Shown piece by piece: positions 28,235 through 35,877 of a DNA stretch of 49,024 nt. The notes under the pieces are model-generated. The model had not been told where the DNA came from and did not search any database. It saw only the letters and a list, made by a program, of their open reading frames with translations. The DNA lies in NCBI GenBank assembly GCA_964531375.1, contig CAZHDO010000001.1, positions 262,861 to 311,884 of the forward strand, read 5' to 3'. The stretch is from an uncultured Candidatus Saccharibacteria bacterium (GTDB lineage Bacteria > Patescibacteriota > Minisyncoccia > Phycocordibacterales > UBA12445). Within the stretch, counting starts at the first letter, position 1. Each line of letters starts with the position of its first letter. A program made the position numbers and the translations under genes.

Positions 28235-28795
28235 TTATAATTTAAATGCAGTTTTATTATTTAAATTAGTCCTTTCTTCAATACTTTGATCTTTTACAAC
28301 AGCTAATATTAATTCATCAAAATAACCAATGCAGGTATAGTCGGAATTAAAATATTTTTCTGCCTCATCTTTTCTTTTGTCATCAAGATTCACTGCAATT
28401 GTTATGTGAGGTTTAAAATTGTTTTCATATCCAATTGTTATTTTGTCGACATAGTTATTAAATTCAGTAAGTTTGGTTTGTAATTCTTTCTGGAAGTTAT
28501 ACAGGAAATCGTTTTTTGTACAGCCAACCATAAAAATATATTTTCCATCATCTCCTTTGGTTCGAGGAGCTAATTTATCAAAGATTAATTTTTTATCATC
28601 TTCGCTTATTTTTTGTCTATTTAAGACTTCGGTAACTTTTGATTTCATTGCGTCTACTTGTCCTTCTTTGATATATTTCGGCTGAATAAGCGTGACGTGT
28701 AGATCATGTGGTTCATCATATTCCTTCCTAAAACCATCAAACCATTCTGGTTTTTGGATTAATTTTACTTTAAAATATAACGCAAATATTTTCAT
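28235..28795 (-). CDS. 2H phosphoesterase / 2'-5' RNA ligase family protein (paralog 2)
   Basis: LHVTL and PHITI; collinear with 27526..28083. Confidence 0.8.
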   Translation of the reverse strand: MKIFALYFKVKLIQKPEWFDGFRKEYDEPHDLHVTLIQPKYIKEGQVDAMKSKVTEVLNRQKISEDDKKLIFDKLAPRTKGDDGKYIFMVGCTKNDFLYNFQKELQTKLTEFNNYVDKITIGYENNFKPHITIAVNLDDKRKDEAEKYFNSDYTCIGYFDELILAVVKDQSIEERTNLNNKTAFKL

Positions 28796-28800
28796 AATTT

Positions 28801-29700
28801 TTATCTTACCACTACACCTTTATATAGGTGTTCTTGAAATGCAACCTGTTTTATTATCTCTTCATCTGTAAGTTGTGTGCCTTCTGGAACAACGATCAAT
28901 TTATCGTCATCGTCTTCTAATCTGTGAATTATCGCAATACAAACGCCTTCTGCTTCTTTGAGTGGTACAAAAACATTCAGTAAGTATGCGTCTAAGTCGT
29001 CCCTATCTGGTGCTAAGACCCCAGGTACATATCCATAATTTATTGGATAACTATCAATGCCGTGTGGTGCATAAGAAGATCCCACTTGTTGATCAAACTC
29101 GAGCTTAACTTTCTTTCCTAAAAATGTACGCGCGAGTTTTAAAGATTCAGATTCCATAAAATTATTTTTTAAAATCCAAGATAATACTTTGCTGGCGGTA
29201 TGTTCTTGATTGTCTTCGGTGGTGTCTATTACGTCTCCACTAATCGCTTTGGTATCTTCGCGTAATTTTTCCATAAAAAGTTTATTTTCCTGAATAAACT
29301 CTTCAGGTGTCTTGCCGGTACCCTGTTTTAGTCCTGCTATTTTGTAATCGTTTGAAAATCTATTTCCCATTAATCTTTCTTTGATTTTTTCATCAGAAGC
29401 GTCTAGCAGGCATAAACTATATGGAATTTGAATATCGAGTTGTTTAATTTCGTTCGGATGGACGAGACCGATAATTACAGTGTTTTTATTTGATTTTAAG
29501 TTTTCTTCAGCAAGATTAATCCAGTACTTTGTGGTTTCTAAACGCCAATTATTTAATAGATTGCCATTCATAGCGACTTCCATCGTAAGTTTTTCGTCAA
29601 AGTCGTGTACATCAAAATAATTAGATAAATGTTCTTTTAGAAAAGGTAAAATTGTACTTTTCCCCACCCCACTTGAGCCGGTTATAAGAAATAATTTCAT
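28801..29700 (-). CDS. P-loop kinase-like domain fused to an inorganic pyrophosphatase-like domain
   Basis: ITGSSGVGKST at the N-terminus; YPINYGYVPG, DRDDLDAY and DDDDKLIV after an internal Met (ATG at 29157). Confidence 0.75.
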   Translation of the reverse strand: MKLFLITGSSGVGKSTILPFLKEHLSNYFDVHDFDEKLTMEVAMNGNLLNNWRLETTKYWINLAEENLKSNKNTVIIGLVHPNEIKQLDIQIPYSLCLLDASDEKIKERLMGNRFSNDYKIAGLKQGTGKTPEEFIQENKLFMEKLREDTKAISGDVIDTTEDNQEHTASKVLSWILKNNFMESESLKLARTFLGKKVKLEFDQQVGSSYAPHGIDSYPINYGYVPGVLAPDRDDLDAYLLNVFVPLKEAEGVCIAIIHRLEDDDDKLIVVPEGTQLTDEEIIKQVAFQEHLYKGVVVR

Positions 29701-29843
29701 TTGTTAATTATACTAAAAATGTAATAAAAAGAAAATACTTTCTATATATTCGATTTGAGTTTTTAACGCTTTAATGTTATAAATTATAATGTTTTTGTAG
29801 TACAGAAGGTAGCGCAAAAAGTTGTCTTTTTATAATTAAATAT

Positions 29844-29914
29844 TGCGAGATCGTCTAATGGTAGGACAGCGGCCTTTGAAGCCGTTTATCCTGGTTCGAA
29901 TCCAGGCCTCGCAG
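29844..29914 (+). tRNA. tRNA-Gln(TTG)
   Basis: Acceptor TGCGAGA/CCTCGCA, anticodon arm GCGGC-CTTTGAA-GCCGT, T arm CCTGG-TTCGAAT-CCAGG; CCA not encoded; TATAAT at 29831. Confidence 0.93.
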
Positions 29915-30131
29915 TTAGTAGCGCAGCTAATGTCTGCGAGGAAAAAGCAACTTCTTTGCTTTTGAGTTGAATTCGAACTGCGGAGCTATAATTTTATGAG
30001 CATTTGGCGAATAAAATAGCGAGCCGGTGATCGACTTATTTTTATTCATAAAAATAGAAGTCCTCTTGTGGGGCAGACAAATTTTTTGGAAGAAAAATTT
30101 AGCCGAGGGAGAAATTCCAGACCTCGCAGTT
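29901..30131 (+). mobile_element. ~200-bp structured insertion flanked by a duplicated tRNA-Gln 3' end
   Basis: TCCAGGCCTCGCAGTT (29901..29916) versus TCCAGACCTCGCAGTT (30116..30131); several hairpins in between. Confidence 0.55.
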
Positions 30132-30281
30132 TTGCATGTAAAATCAGCAATAGAAAAAGGAACCTGAAGAGGATGTTGTTAAAAATGCAAGGACAGTCCT
30201 TGTGTAATAGTAAAGGAATTCAAAAGTGTGAATCTTAATATGATTTGTTAAAAAAGACTCCATTTTGGTATAATTTTAAAC

Positions 30282-30719
30282 ATGGAAAGAGAACTGGTAA
30301 AAAATGGAGATGAGATACTTAGTCCGTTCGCGGTTATGATAAAAAATGGTAAGGTTCTTTGTGGATATCGCAATTATACCAAAGATACATATAAAGATAT
30401 TTCTGTGTGGACTCTGCCGGGAGGAAGATCTCAAATAGGCGAAACGGTAGAGCAAGCGTTAAGGCGAGAAATAATGGAAGAAGTCGATATAACAGAATTT
30501 GAAATAGTAGACTTTATTGGAGAATTACCTGGTATGAAGGCAAATACTACGATGCTTGTTTTTCATACAACCACCAAACAAGAAACAAAACTAATGGAAC
30601 CACATAAATTCTCTAAATGGCAGTGGGTTTCGATAAAAAATTATATCTCTGAGGAAAAATACGGGCACCTTAATCCGGAAGTTCAAAAAATGATTATAAA
30701 TTATCTTAAGAAAATTTAA
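30282..30719 (+). CDS. NUDIX hydrolase
   Basis: WTLPGGRSQIGETVEQALRREIMEE; TGGTATAAT 7 nt upstream of the ATG. Confidence 0.9.
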   Translation: MERELVKNGDEILSPFAVMIKNGKVLCGYRNYTKDTYKDISVWTLPGGRSQIGETVEQALRREIMEEVDITEFEIVDFIGELPGMKANTTMLVFHTTTKQETKLMEPHKFSKWQWVSIKNYISEEKYGHLNPEVQKMIINYLKKI

Positions 30720-30843
30720 CCCTTTTTTTTGGTAAAAAGGTTCCAGTGTCGTACTAGACAGCTAGCACTGAATTTTAGCCTTATTTGCCAATGTATAAAA
30801 ACATACCTGTCTGGTACTCTCGAACTTTGATATACTTAATGTT

Positions 30844-31230
30844 ATGAAAAAATATGAAAGTGAAATAAGAAAATATCTCGAAGAGCGAAGTTGGGACAAT
30901 TTACGTCCAGTCGATCTTGCGAAGTCGATATCCATTGAATCAGCAGAGTTGCTGGAACTCTTTCAGTGGACAAACCAGAGTCTTGATGAAGTGAAAAAAG
31001 ATTCAGTGAAAATGGAACAAATTAAAAAAGAATTAGCTGATGTATTAACATATTGTTTTGATATGAGTGTTCTTTTGGGATTCGATACAGGTAAAATTTT
31101 GTTAGACAAATTAGAAAAAGTGAAGCAAAAATATCCCGCACACTTATTTAAAAATAGAGATAAAAAAGTTGACGCAGGTTCGGAAGAAATTTATTGGAAG
31201 ATTAAAAAGGAACACAGGAAGAAAGGGTAA
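30844..31230 (+). CDS. MazG-like (d)NTP pyrophosphatase (dCTPase-like)
   Basis: DLAKSISIESAELLELFQW, KKELADVL, KVKQKYP. Confidence 0.88.
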   Translation: MKKYESEIRKYLEERSWDNLRPVDLAKSISIESAELLELFQWTNQSLDEVKKDSVKMEQIKKELADVLTYCFDMSVLLGFDTGKILLDKLEKVKQKYPAHLFKNRDKKVDAGSEEIYWKIKKEHRKKG

Positions 31231-31383
31231 TAAATAAAAGATATATTAAATATTAATAAGTAAAAACGTTCGGATACTATCTCAGATGGCCAATTATTTT
31301 ATGCTTGTCTTTTTATTTTTACATGCTATCTTTGAAAAGTAATATCGTTTTTTGAAAAATAATAATAAATCAAGGAGAATCGC

Positions 31384-31689
31384 ATGAAAGTTGATTTGCT
31401 TGTACGTATTGTATTCAACATGGAAGATCCTGCTAAGACTGTGATTAAGACGAATGCAACTCACGAAGGGGTTGAAGAGTTTTTGGATGCTTTTATCCGT
31501 GGTCAGCTCGGAGCTGGGGCTGATGAGAGTATTGCCAATGACAAAGTTGAATATCATGTTGATATCGCTTTGGATTTATCAGATGACAGTATTGTTGTAA
31601 AAAGCGATACAGGCAATAAAGGCCTTGTGTGTGGAATTGTAATGCAAGTCTTGAGAGATTTAGGTTCAATAAAAATAGAAAGTTTATAA
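31384..31689 (+). CDS. Hypothetical protein
   Basis: 101-aa ORF with SD AAGGAG (31372..31377) and a downstream terminator. Confidence 0.65.
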   Translation: MKVDLLVRIVFNMEDPAKTVIKTNATHEGVEEFLDAFIRGQLGAGADESIANDKVEYHVDIALDLSDDSIVVKSDTGNKGLVCGIVMQVLRDLGSIKIESL

Positions 31690-31731
31690 AAGGAGGGTTT
31701 TTGTGATTTATAGACCGTTTTTCATTTAACT

Positions 31732-31761
31732 GTGCCGGGGGCATGTCCTCGGCACTTTTTT
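31732..31761 (+). terminator. Intrinsic terminator between the convergent ORF 31384 and dnaX
   Basis: GTGCCGGGG-gcatgt-CCTCGGCAC followed by T6. Confidence 0.75.
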
Positions 31762-32791
31762 ATTGTCCCAAAAGCCTTATTAGTGCCAATTCGATCGGAA
31801 GCTCTGGGATGTTGGCATGACCAACGTCGTTATTGGCAACAAGGAGTTCTTTAAGCGACTGAGGTATGATTGCTATATTTACATGTGACTTAAATGTTTT
31901 AAAGATAGTGGCTTCATCGTCGGACATTTCTGATAATATTTCTTTTTCTAGTTCCGGTGCAAATTTTAGCAACATGACCAGGCGAATATCCCGAAGTAGC
32001 ATTTTTAAGAAAACTTTCATGTCAATATTTGCTGTTGATATTTTTCTAACCAAGACAATGCTTTGATCTAGATTTTTATCGAGAATTGCTTTGATTAAGG
32101 AATGAATTATCTCCCCTCTTGGCGAGCCAGTAATTGATTCAACGTCTTCTATTTTTATTTTTTTTGAATTGGCTATATTTGAAACTTGTTCAAGAATTCC
32201 GATAGTATCCCTAAACGAACCATCTCCTAATAGTGCGATAAGTTCTGCTGAGCTTTTGTCTATTTCAAATCCTTCGGATTTTGCTATTTTTTCAATTGAA
32301 TTTTTTAAGATTTCATTTGTTGGTTTTTTGAACTTGAAAGACTGACACCTTGAAATAACTGTTTCTGGTAATTTGTGTAATTCGGTTGTTGCTAATATAA
32401 ATACAACATGTTTTGGTGGTTCTTCCAGTGTCTTTAGAAAGGCGTTAAAAGCACTTTTTGAAAGCATGTGTACTTCATCAATAATATAAACTTTTCTTTC
32501 CGATTCAAAGGGCAGAGTTCTTGCACCATCTGTAATTTCTCGTATATCTTCAACACTTGTATTTGATGCCGCATCTAGCTCATAAATATCCTTTTCCGAA
32601 GTCCCTATTTCCCTCGCAAAAATTCTTGCGATACTTGTCTTCCCTGTCCCTCTTGAGCCAACAAAAAGATAAGCATGAAATATTTTTTTATCTCTTATTG
32701 CACCAGAAAGTATAGAAACAATCTCGTCTTGTCCTAAAACATCTTTGAAAGTTTGTGGTCTGTATTTACGATAAAATGCTAAATGGGACAT
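31760..32791 (-). CDS. dnaX: DNA polymerase III subunit gamma/tau (short form)
   Basis: YRKYRPQTF, GSRGTGKTS, ELDAASN, IIDEVHMLS, LKTLEEPP, SRCQ. Confidence 0.95.
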   Translation of the reverse strand: MSHLAFYRKYRPQTFKDVLGQDEIVSILSGAIRDKKIFHAYLFVGSRGTGKTSIARIFAREIGTSEKDIYELDAASNTSVEDIREITDGARTLPFESERKVYIIDEVHMLSKSAFNAFLKTLEEPPKHVVFILATTELHKLPETVISRCQSFKFKKPTNEILKNSIEKIAKSEGFEIDKSSAELIALLGDGSFRDTIGILEQVSNIANSKKIKIEDVESITGSPRGEIIHSLIKAILDKNLDQSIVLVRKISTANIDMKVFLKMLLRDIRLVMLLKFAPELEKEILSEMSDDEATIFKTFKSHVNIAIIPQSLKELLVANNDVGHANIPELPIELALIRLLGQ

Positions 32792-32836
32792 AAGATAGTT
32801 ATAAGGTTAAAATGTTATAAAGTTATAATGTTTAAA
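32788..32836 (+). repeat. Left inverted arm made of 8-bp tandem repeats
   Basis: ACATAAGATA-GTTATAAG-GTTAAAAT-GTTATAAA-GTTATAAT-GTTTAAA on the plus strand. Confidence 0.85.
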
Positions 32837-33181
32837 CTACAAAACTTTGATGAATCCGGAAATTAATTTTGAAATATCAATTGATAATTTGGTTAAGTCC
32901 TCGTTTTCCTTTGCAGAAATGTATTTTAATTCTAAAGCCAAACCAAGCATAGATCTTACTTCTCCGCACGAACCTTTTGCAATATAAAGGAAATTTACGA
33001 ATTCTTTATTTGTTTGTCTTTCAAATCCTTCTGCAATATTATTCATCACAGATATCGAAGCTCTCTGAATTTGATCTCGAAAACTATAATCCCGACAATC
33101 TTTTAAAATTTTATATATAGCAATTACTAGTTCTTTAGATTTTTGCCACGCAATGATGTCCTTAAATTTTTCTATCTTCAT
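32837..33181 (-). CDS. Four-helix-bundle protein (23S rRNA IVP / Avd-like fold)
   Basis: FKDIIAWQKSKEL, RDQIQRASISVMNNIAEGF, FLYIAKGSCGEVRS. Confidence 0.92.
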   Translation of the reverse strand: MKIEKFKDIIAWQKSKELVIAIYKILKDCRDYSFRDQIQRASISVMNNIAEGFERQTNKEFVNFLYIAKGSCGEVRSMLGLALELKYISAKENEDLTKLSIDISKLISGFIKVL

Positions 33182-33228
33182 TTAAACTTTACAACATTAT
33201 AACATGATAACTTTAAACTATCTTATAT
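33181..33228 (-). repeat. Right inverted arm made of 8-bp tandem repeats
   Basis: Minus strand ATATAAGATA-GTTTAAA-GTTATCAT-GTTATAAT-GTTGTAAA-GTTTAAA; aligns to the left arm. Confidence 0.85.
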
Positions 33229-35274
33229 CCGTTCAGGTGCTTCAGCGTGGCAGAGTTTTAGGCCATTCGATAAAGTTACCGCCACTGCATGGGTGATGAA
33301 TAAACGGTGGGGGTATTCTAATTTTCCCGCAAGGAGTACATCTGCGTTTTCGTAATAGCTGTTGTATTCGTTTGCGAGATTTAGTAGATATTCGGCTAGT
33401 GTGGCTGGATTATCTGTTTCGCTTGCTTTTAGAATCACTTTTGGTAAGTCGGCAATTTTTTTCAGAAGATTAATTTCTGTTGGTTCAAGTATGGAAAGGT
33501 CTAATTTGTAAATATCTAAATCAGTAATTTTCTTATCTGATTTTCTTAAGATGCTTTTTGCGCGAGCTATTGAGTACATAACATATGCACCACCTGATTC
33601 TTCGAATGCTTGAATATTTTTTATTAACTCTTTGTGAAATGGAATTGGAAATCTTTTGTCTTGTTTTATGTCGTTGAAAGCAATAGAGCCGACGGCCAGC
33701 TTCTTTGCGTTGTCGTTTTTTTCTTCATCACTAAAATCTATTTTCTCATCATACTTATTTCTAAAATATTTTATTGATTCTTCTATGAGCGAAATAACAT
33801 TCTGGGCGCCTTCTCTGCTCGAGAGTTTCTGTTTTGTATCGGCATCTATATAAAAACCATGAGAAAGGTGTTTTAGGTCTATATTTGCTCCATTGCTTAA
33901 ATTCATGGTCGTTGCAGCCTCAAAAATGTGCTTAAAATGCTCTGACTGCTCCTGACCCACTACATAGAGCAACCTTGATGGAGAAAATGATTCTATACGG
34001 TGTTTTATGCTTACAAGGTCTCTCGTAGCGTATATTGTGGCACCATCCGCCCTCATAATTACCAAGCGAGCGCTAGAAGGAAGCATTACCACATAAGCGC
34101 CGATATCGTTATTAATTTCTTCCAAAAGCTTTTCTAATACTGGAAGCTCTATCGTGTTGGATTCAAATTTAAGTTGTGCTTTTTTGGTTTCAATATCAGC
34201 AAGTTCTTTTGTAAAAATGACAACTTCCCCTGTTTTCAGTTTTTCTTTTACAAAGTCAACGCCTTTTTTACCGTAAAAACTTTCTCCAAGAAGATAGTCG
34301 TGTTTAATATTTAAAAGTTCATAAAACTTATTGAACTCTACAAGGCTCCACCCTCTCATCAGTTGCCAAAGTTCATATTCTTCTTTTTCTCCATTTTCTA
34401 GGTTTTGAAAACGCTCAATTGATTTGTTCTTAAATTCTGAATATTTATTTTTATAGCTTTCAATATCTGTAAAATCACCAACGAGGTTTGTGAGTTCGAT
34501 TTTGTTGTCTTCGAGAAGTTTTTCGAAACTATGTGCCTCGTTGGACTTTTCGGCTTTTCTTACAAGTTGATAGACATAATCAAGAATACTATTATCTGAG
34601 TCTAGTTTTGGAATAACATTCTTCGTTTTAAGTTTTGAGTATGCTTCGATAAGAGCGCCCATACCACCCCAATCGTTTAGGTAGTTTAAACGATGTACTG
34701 TGAATCCAGTAGATTCATATATTTCAGCCAAAACCTCTCCAATGATCGTTGAATGTATGTGACCGGTATGAAGGTGTTTGGCTATGTTTGGGCTTGAATA
34801 ATCAAGAACAATTTTCTTGCTTTTATTTACATCAGAAAAACCGTAATCGCCACTCAGTTTTAGTGTGTCATTAATTATTTCTTTAAATATTTGATGACCA
34901 AGAGTAATGTTTAGATAAATCCCCTTTGCTTCAAGTTTAATAATTTCCTTATTAAATAAAGTTGATTTTTCAATATTAGCGATTATTTGTGGGATTGTTT
35001 CTTTTGTGTATTTAGGAATACCATAACCTTTCATTAATGATGGTATTTTAATTGCGATGTCAGCATTGAACTGTTTTCGGTCAATAAATTCAATTTGAAT
35101 GTCGTCAATATTCTCGATATCGTTGTTTGCGTTAACTATCGATTTTCTAAGTTTTTCTATTGAATAATCACAAAAAGAAACATAACCAGAGGATTCTCTT
35201 TTTTGGCTTACAATGTTTATTTTATTTAATATTTCCGATTGTATTTCGGAATTTTTTTTATCTAAAAGATTCAT
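33223..35274 (-). CDS. argS: Arginine--tRNA ligase
   Basis: DYSSPNIAKHLHTGH, LNYLNDWG, RADGATIYATRDL, YVVGQEQSEHF, KLSSREG, YVMYSIAR, APERI. Confidence 0.95.
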   Translation of the reverse strand: MNLLDKKNSEIQSEILNKINIVSQKRESSGYVSFCDYSIEKLRKSIVNANNDIENIDDIQIEFIDRKQFNADIAIKIPSLMKGYGIPKYTKETIPQIIANIEKSTLFNKEIIKLEAKGIYLNITLGHQIFKEIINDTLKLSGDYGFSDVNKSKKIVLDYSSPNIAKHLHTGHIHSTIIGEVLAEIYESTGFTVHRLNYLNDWGGMGALIEAYSKLKTKNVIPKLDSDNSILDYVYQLVRKAEKSNEAHSFEKLLEDNKIELTNLVGDFTDIESYKNKYSEFKNKSIERFQNLENGEKEEYELWQLMRGWSLVEFNKFYELLNIKHDYLLGESFYGKKGVDFVKEKLKTGEVVIFTKELADIETKKAQLKFESNTIELPVLEKLLEEINNDIGAYVVMLPSSARLVIMRADGATIYATRDLVSIKHRIESFSPSRLLYVVGQEQSEHFKHIFEAATTMNLSNGANIDLKHLSHGFYIDADTKQKLSSREGAQNVISLIEESIKYFRNKYDEKIDFSDEEKNDNAKKLAVGSIAFNDIKQDKRFPIPFHKELIKNIQAFEESGGAYVMYSIARAKSILRKSDKKITDLDIYKLDLSILEPTEINLLKKIADLPKVILKASETDNPATLAEYLLNLANEYNSYYENADVLLAGKLEYPHRLFITHAVAVTLSNGLKLCHAEAPERI

Positions 35275-35379
35275 GAGTGCAGTATATCAAAAAACAATAT
35301 ATTTTTATCTTGACAAAAGACCTAAATAAGTTATTTTTATAATCGAATTACACGCACTCTTTTTAAAAGGATATAATAT

Positions 35380-35608
35380 ATGAAGAAAAAAGATTGTTTT
35401 GTTCTTTGTTATTGTTCTTATATTAATTTTTCCTAGGATTGTTTTGGGAGGTTTATTAATCTCTAATGGTTACAAAAAAGAAGATTTAGCTGATAATCTT
35501 AAAAAAGAGAGAAATAATTATCTTGTCGGTTTTGGTGTTATAATGATTGTAATCTCTATAATTAGTCTAGTATGTTTTTATCCTTTTCGTTTGATAAATT
35601 TGATCTAG
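35380..35608 (+). pseudogene. Small membrane protein, apparently frameshifted near its start
   Basis: ATG at 35380 is out of frame with the track ORF 35399..35608. Removing one A from A6 (35386..35391) gives MKKKIVLFFVIVLILIFP. TTGACA at 35310. Confidence 0.5.
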
Positions 35609-35622
35609 ATGGAGGTGTTGTT

Positions 35623-35724
35623 TTGTCCAGTAAAAAAGAAACAAAGGAGCAGTCTGACCATAAAAAGATCTTGATTCTTCGAAAATTAATAAAGACCATG
35701 CCCATGTCCTATTTTTACTGTTGA
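35623..35724 (+). CDS. Putative SD-led small ORF (33 aa, possibly longer via frameshift)
   Basis: GGAGGTG at 35611..35617, TTG start, MSSKKETKEQSDHKKILILRKLIKTMPMSYFYC. Confidence 0.35.
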   Translation: MSSKKETKEQSDHKKILILRKLIKTMPMSYFYC

Positions 35725-35849
35725 GGATTTTTTTATTATTCTAACCTTGTTTGATTTTAAGATAAAGAAGTTTTCAACAGAGTTTAAAAGATTAGTTCAA
35801 ATTGGAATCGAATGGGACAAAAGTGAAAAGACATGAATTGTACATGTCT

Positions 35850-35877
35850 AAGCGCCACGCACAGTGGCGTTTTTTTT
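35850..35877 (+). terminator. Intrinsic terminator, convergent with dusB
   Basis: AAGCGCCAC-gcaca-GTGGCGTTT running into a T-tract. Confidence 0.75.

Noticed and set aside
31294-31744. Minus-strand ORFs 31294..31557 and 31493..31744
   Set aside because: They overlap the plus-strand ORF 31384, which has an SD and a terminator.
32837-33181. Four-helix-bundle protein as the Avd of a diversity-generating retroelement
   Set aside because: No reverse transcriptase and no template/variable repeat pair with adenine-specific mismatches were seen in the window.
32791-33225. 8-bp repeat arrays as a CRISPR array or replication-origin iterons
   Set aside because: There are no spacers and no cas genes, the units are not DnaA boxes, and the arrays exactly fill gene spacers in inverted orientation.
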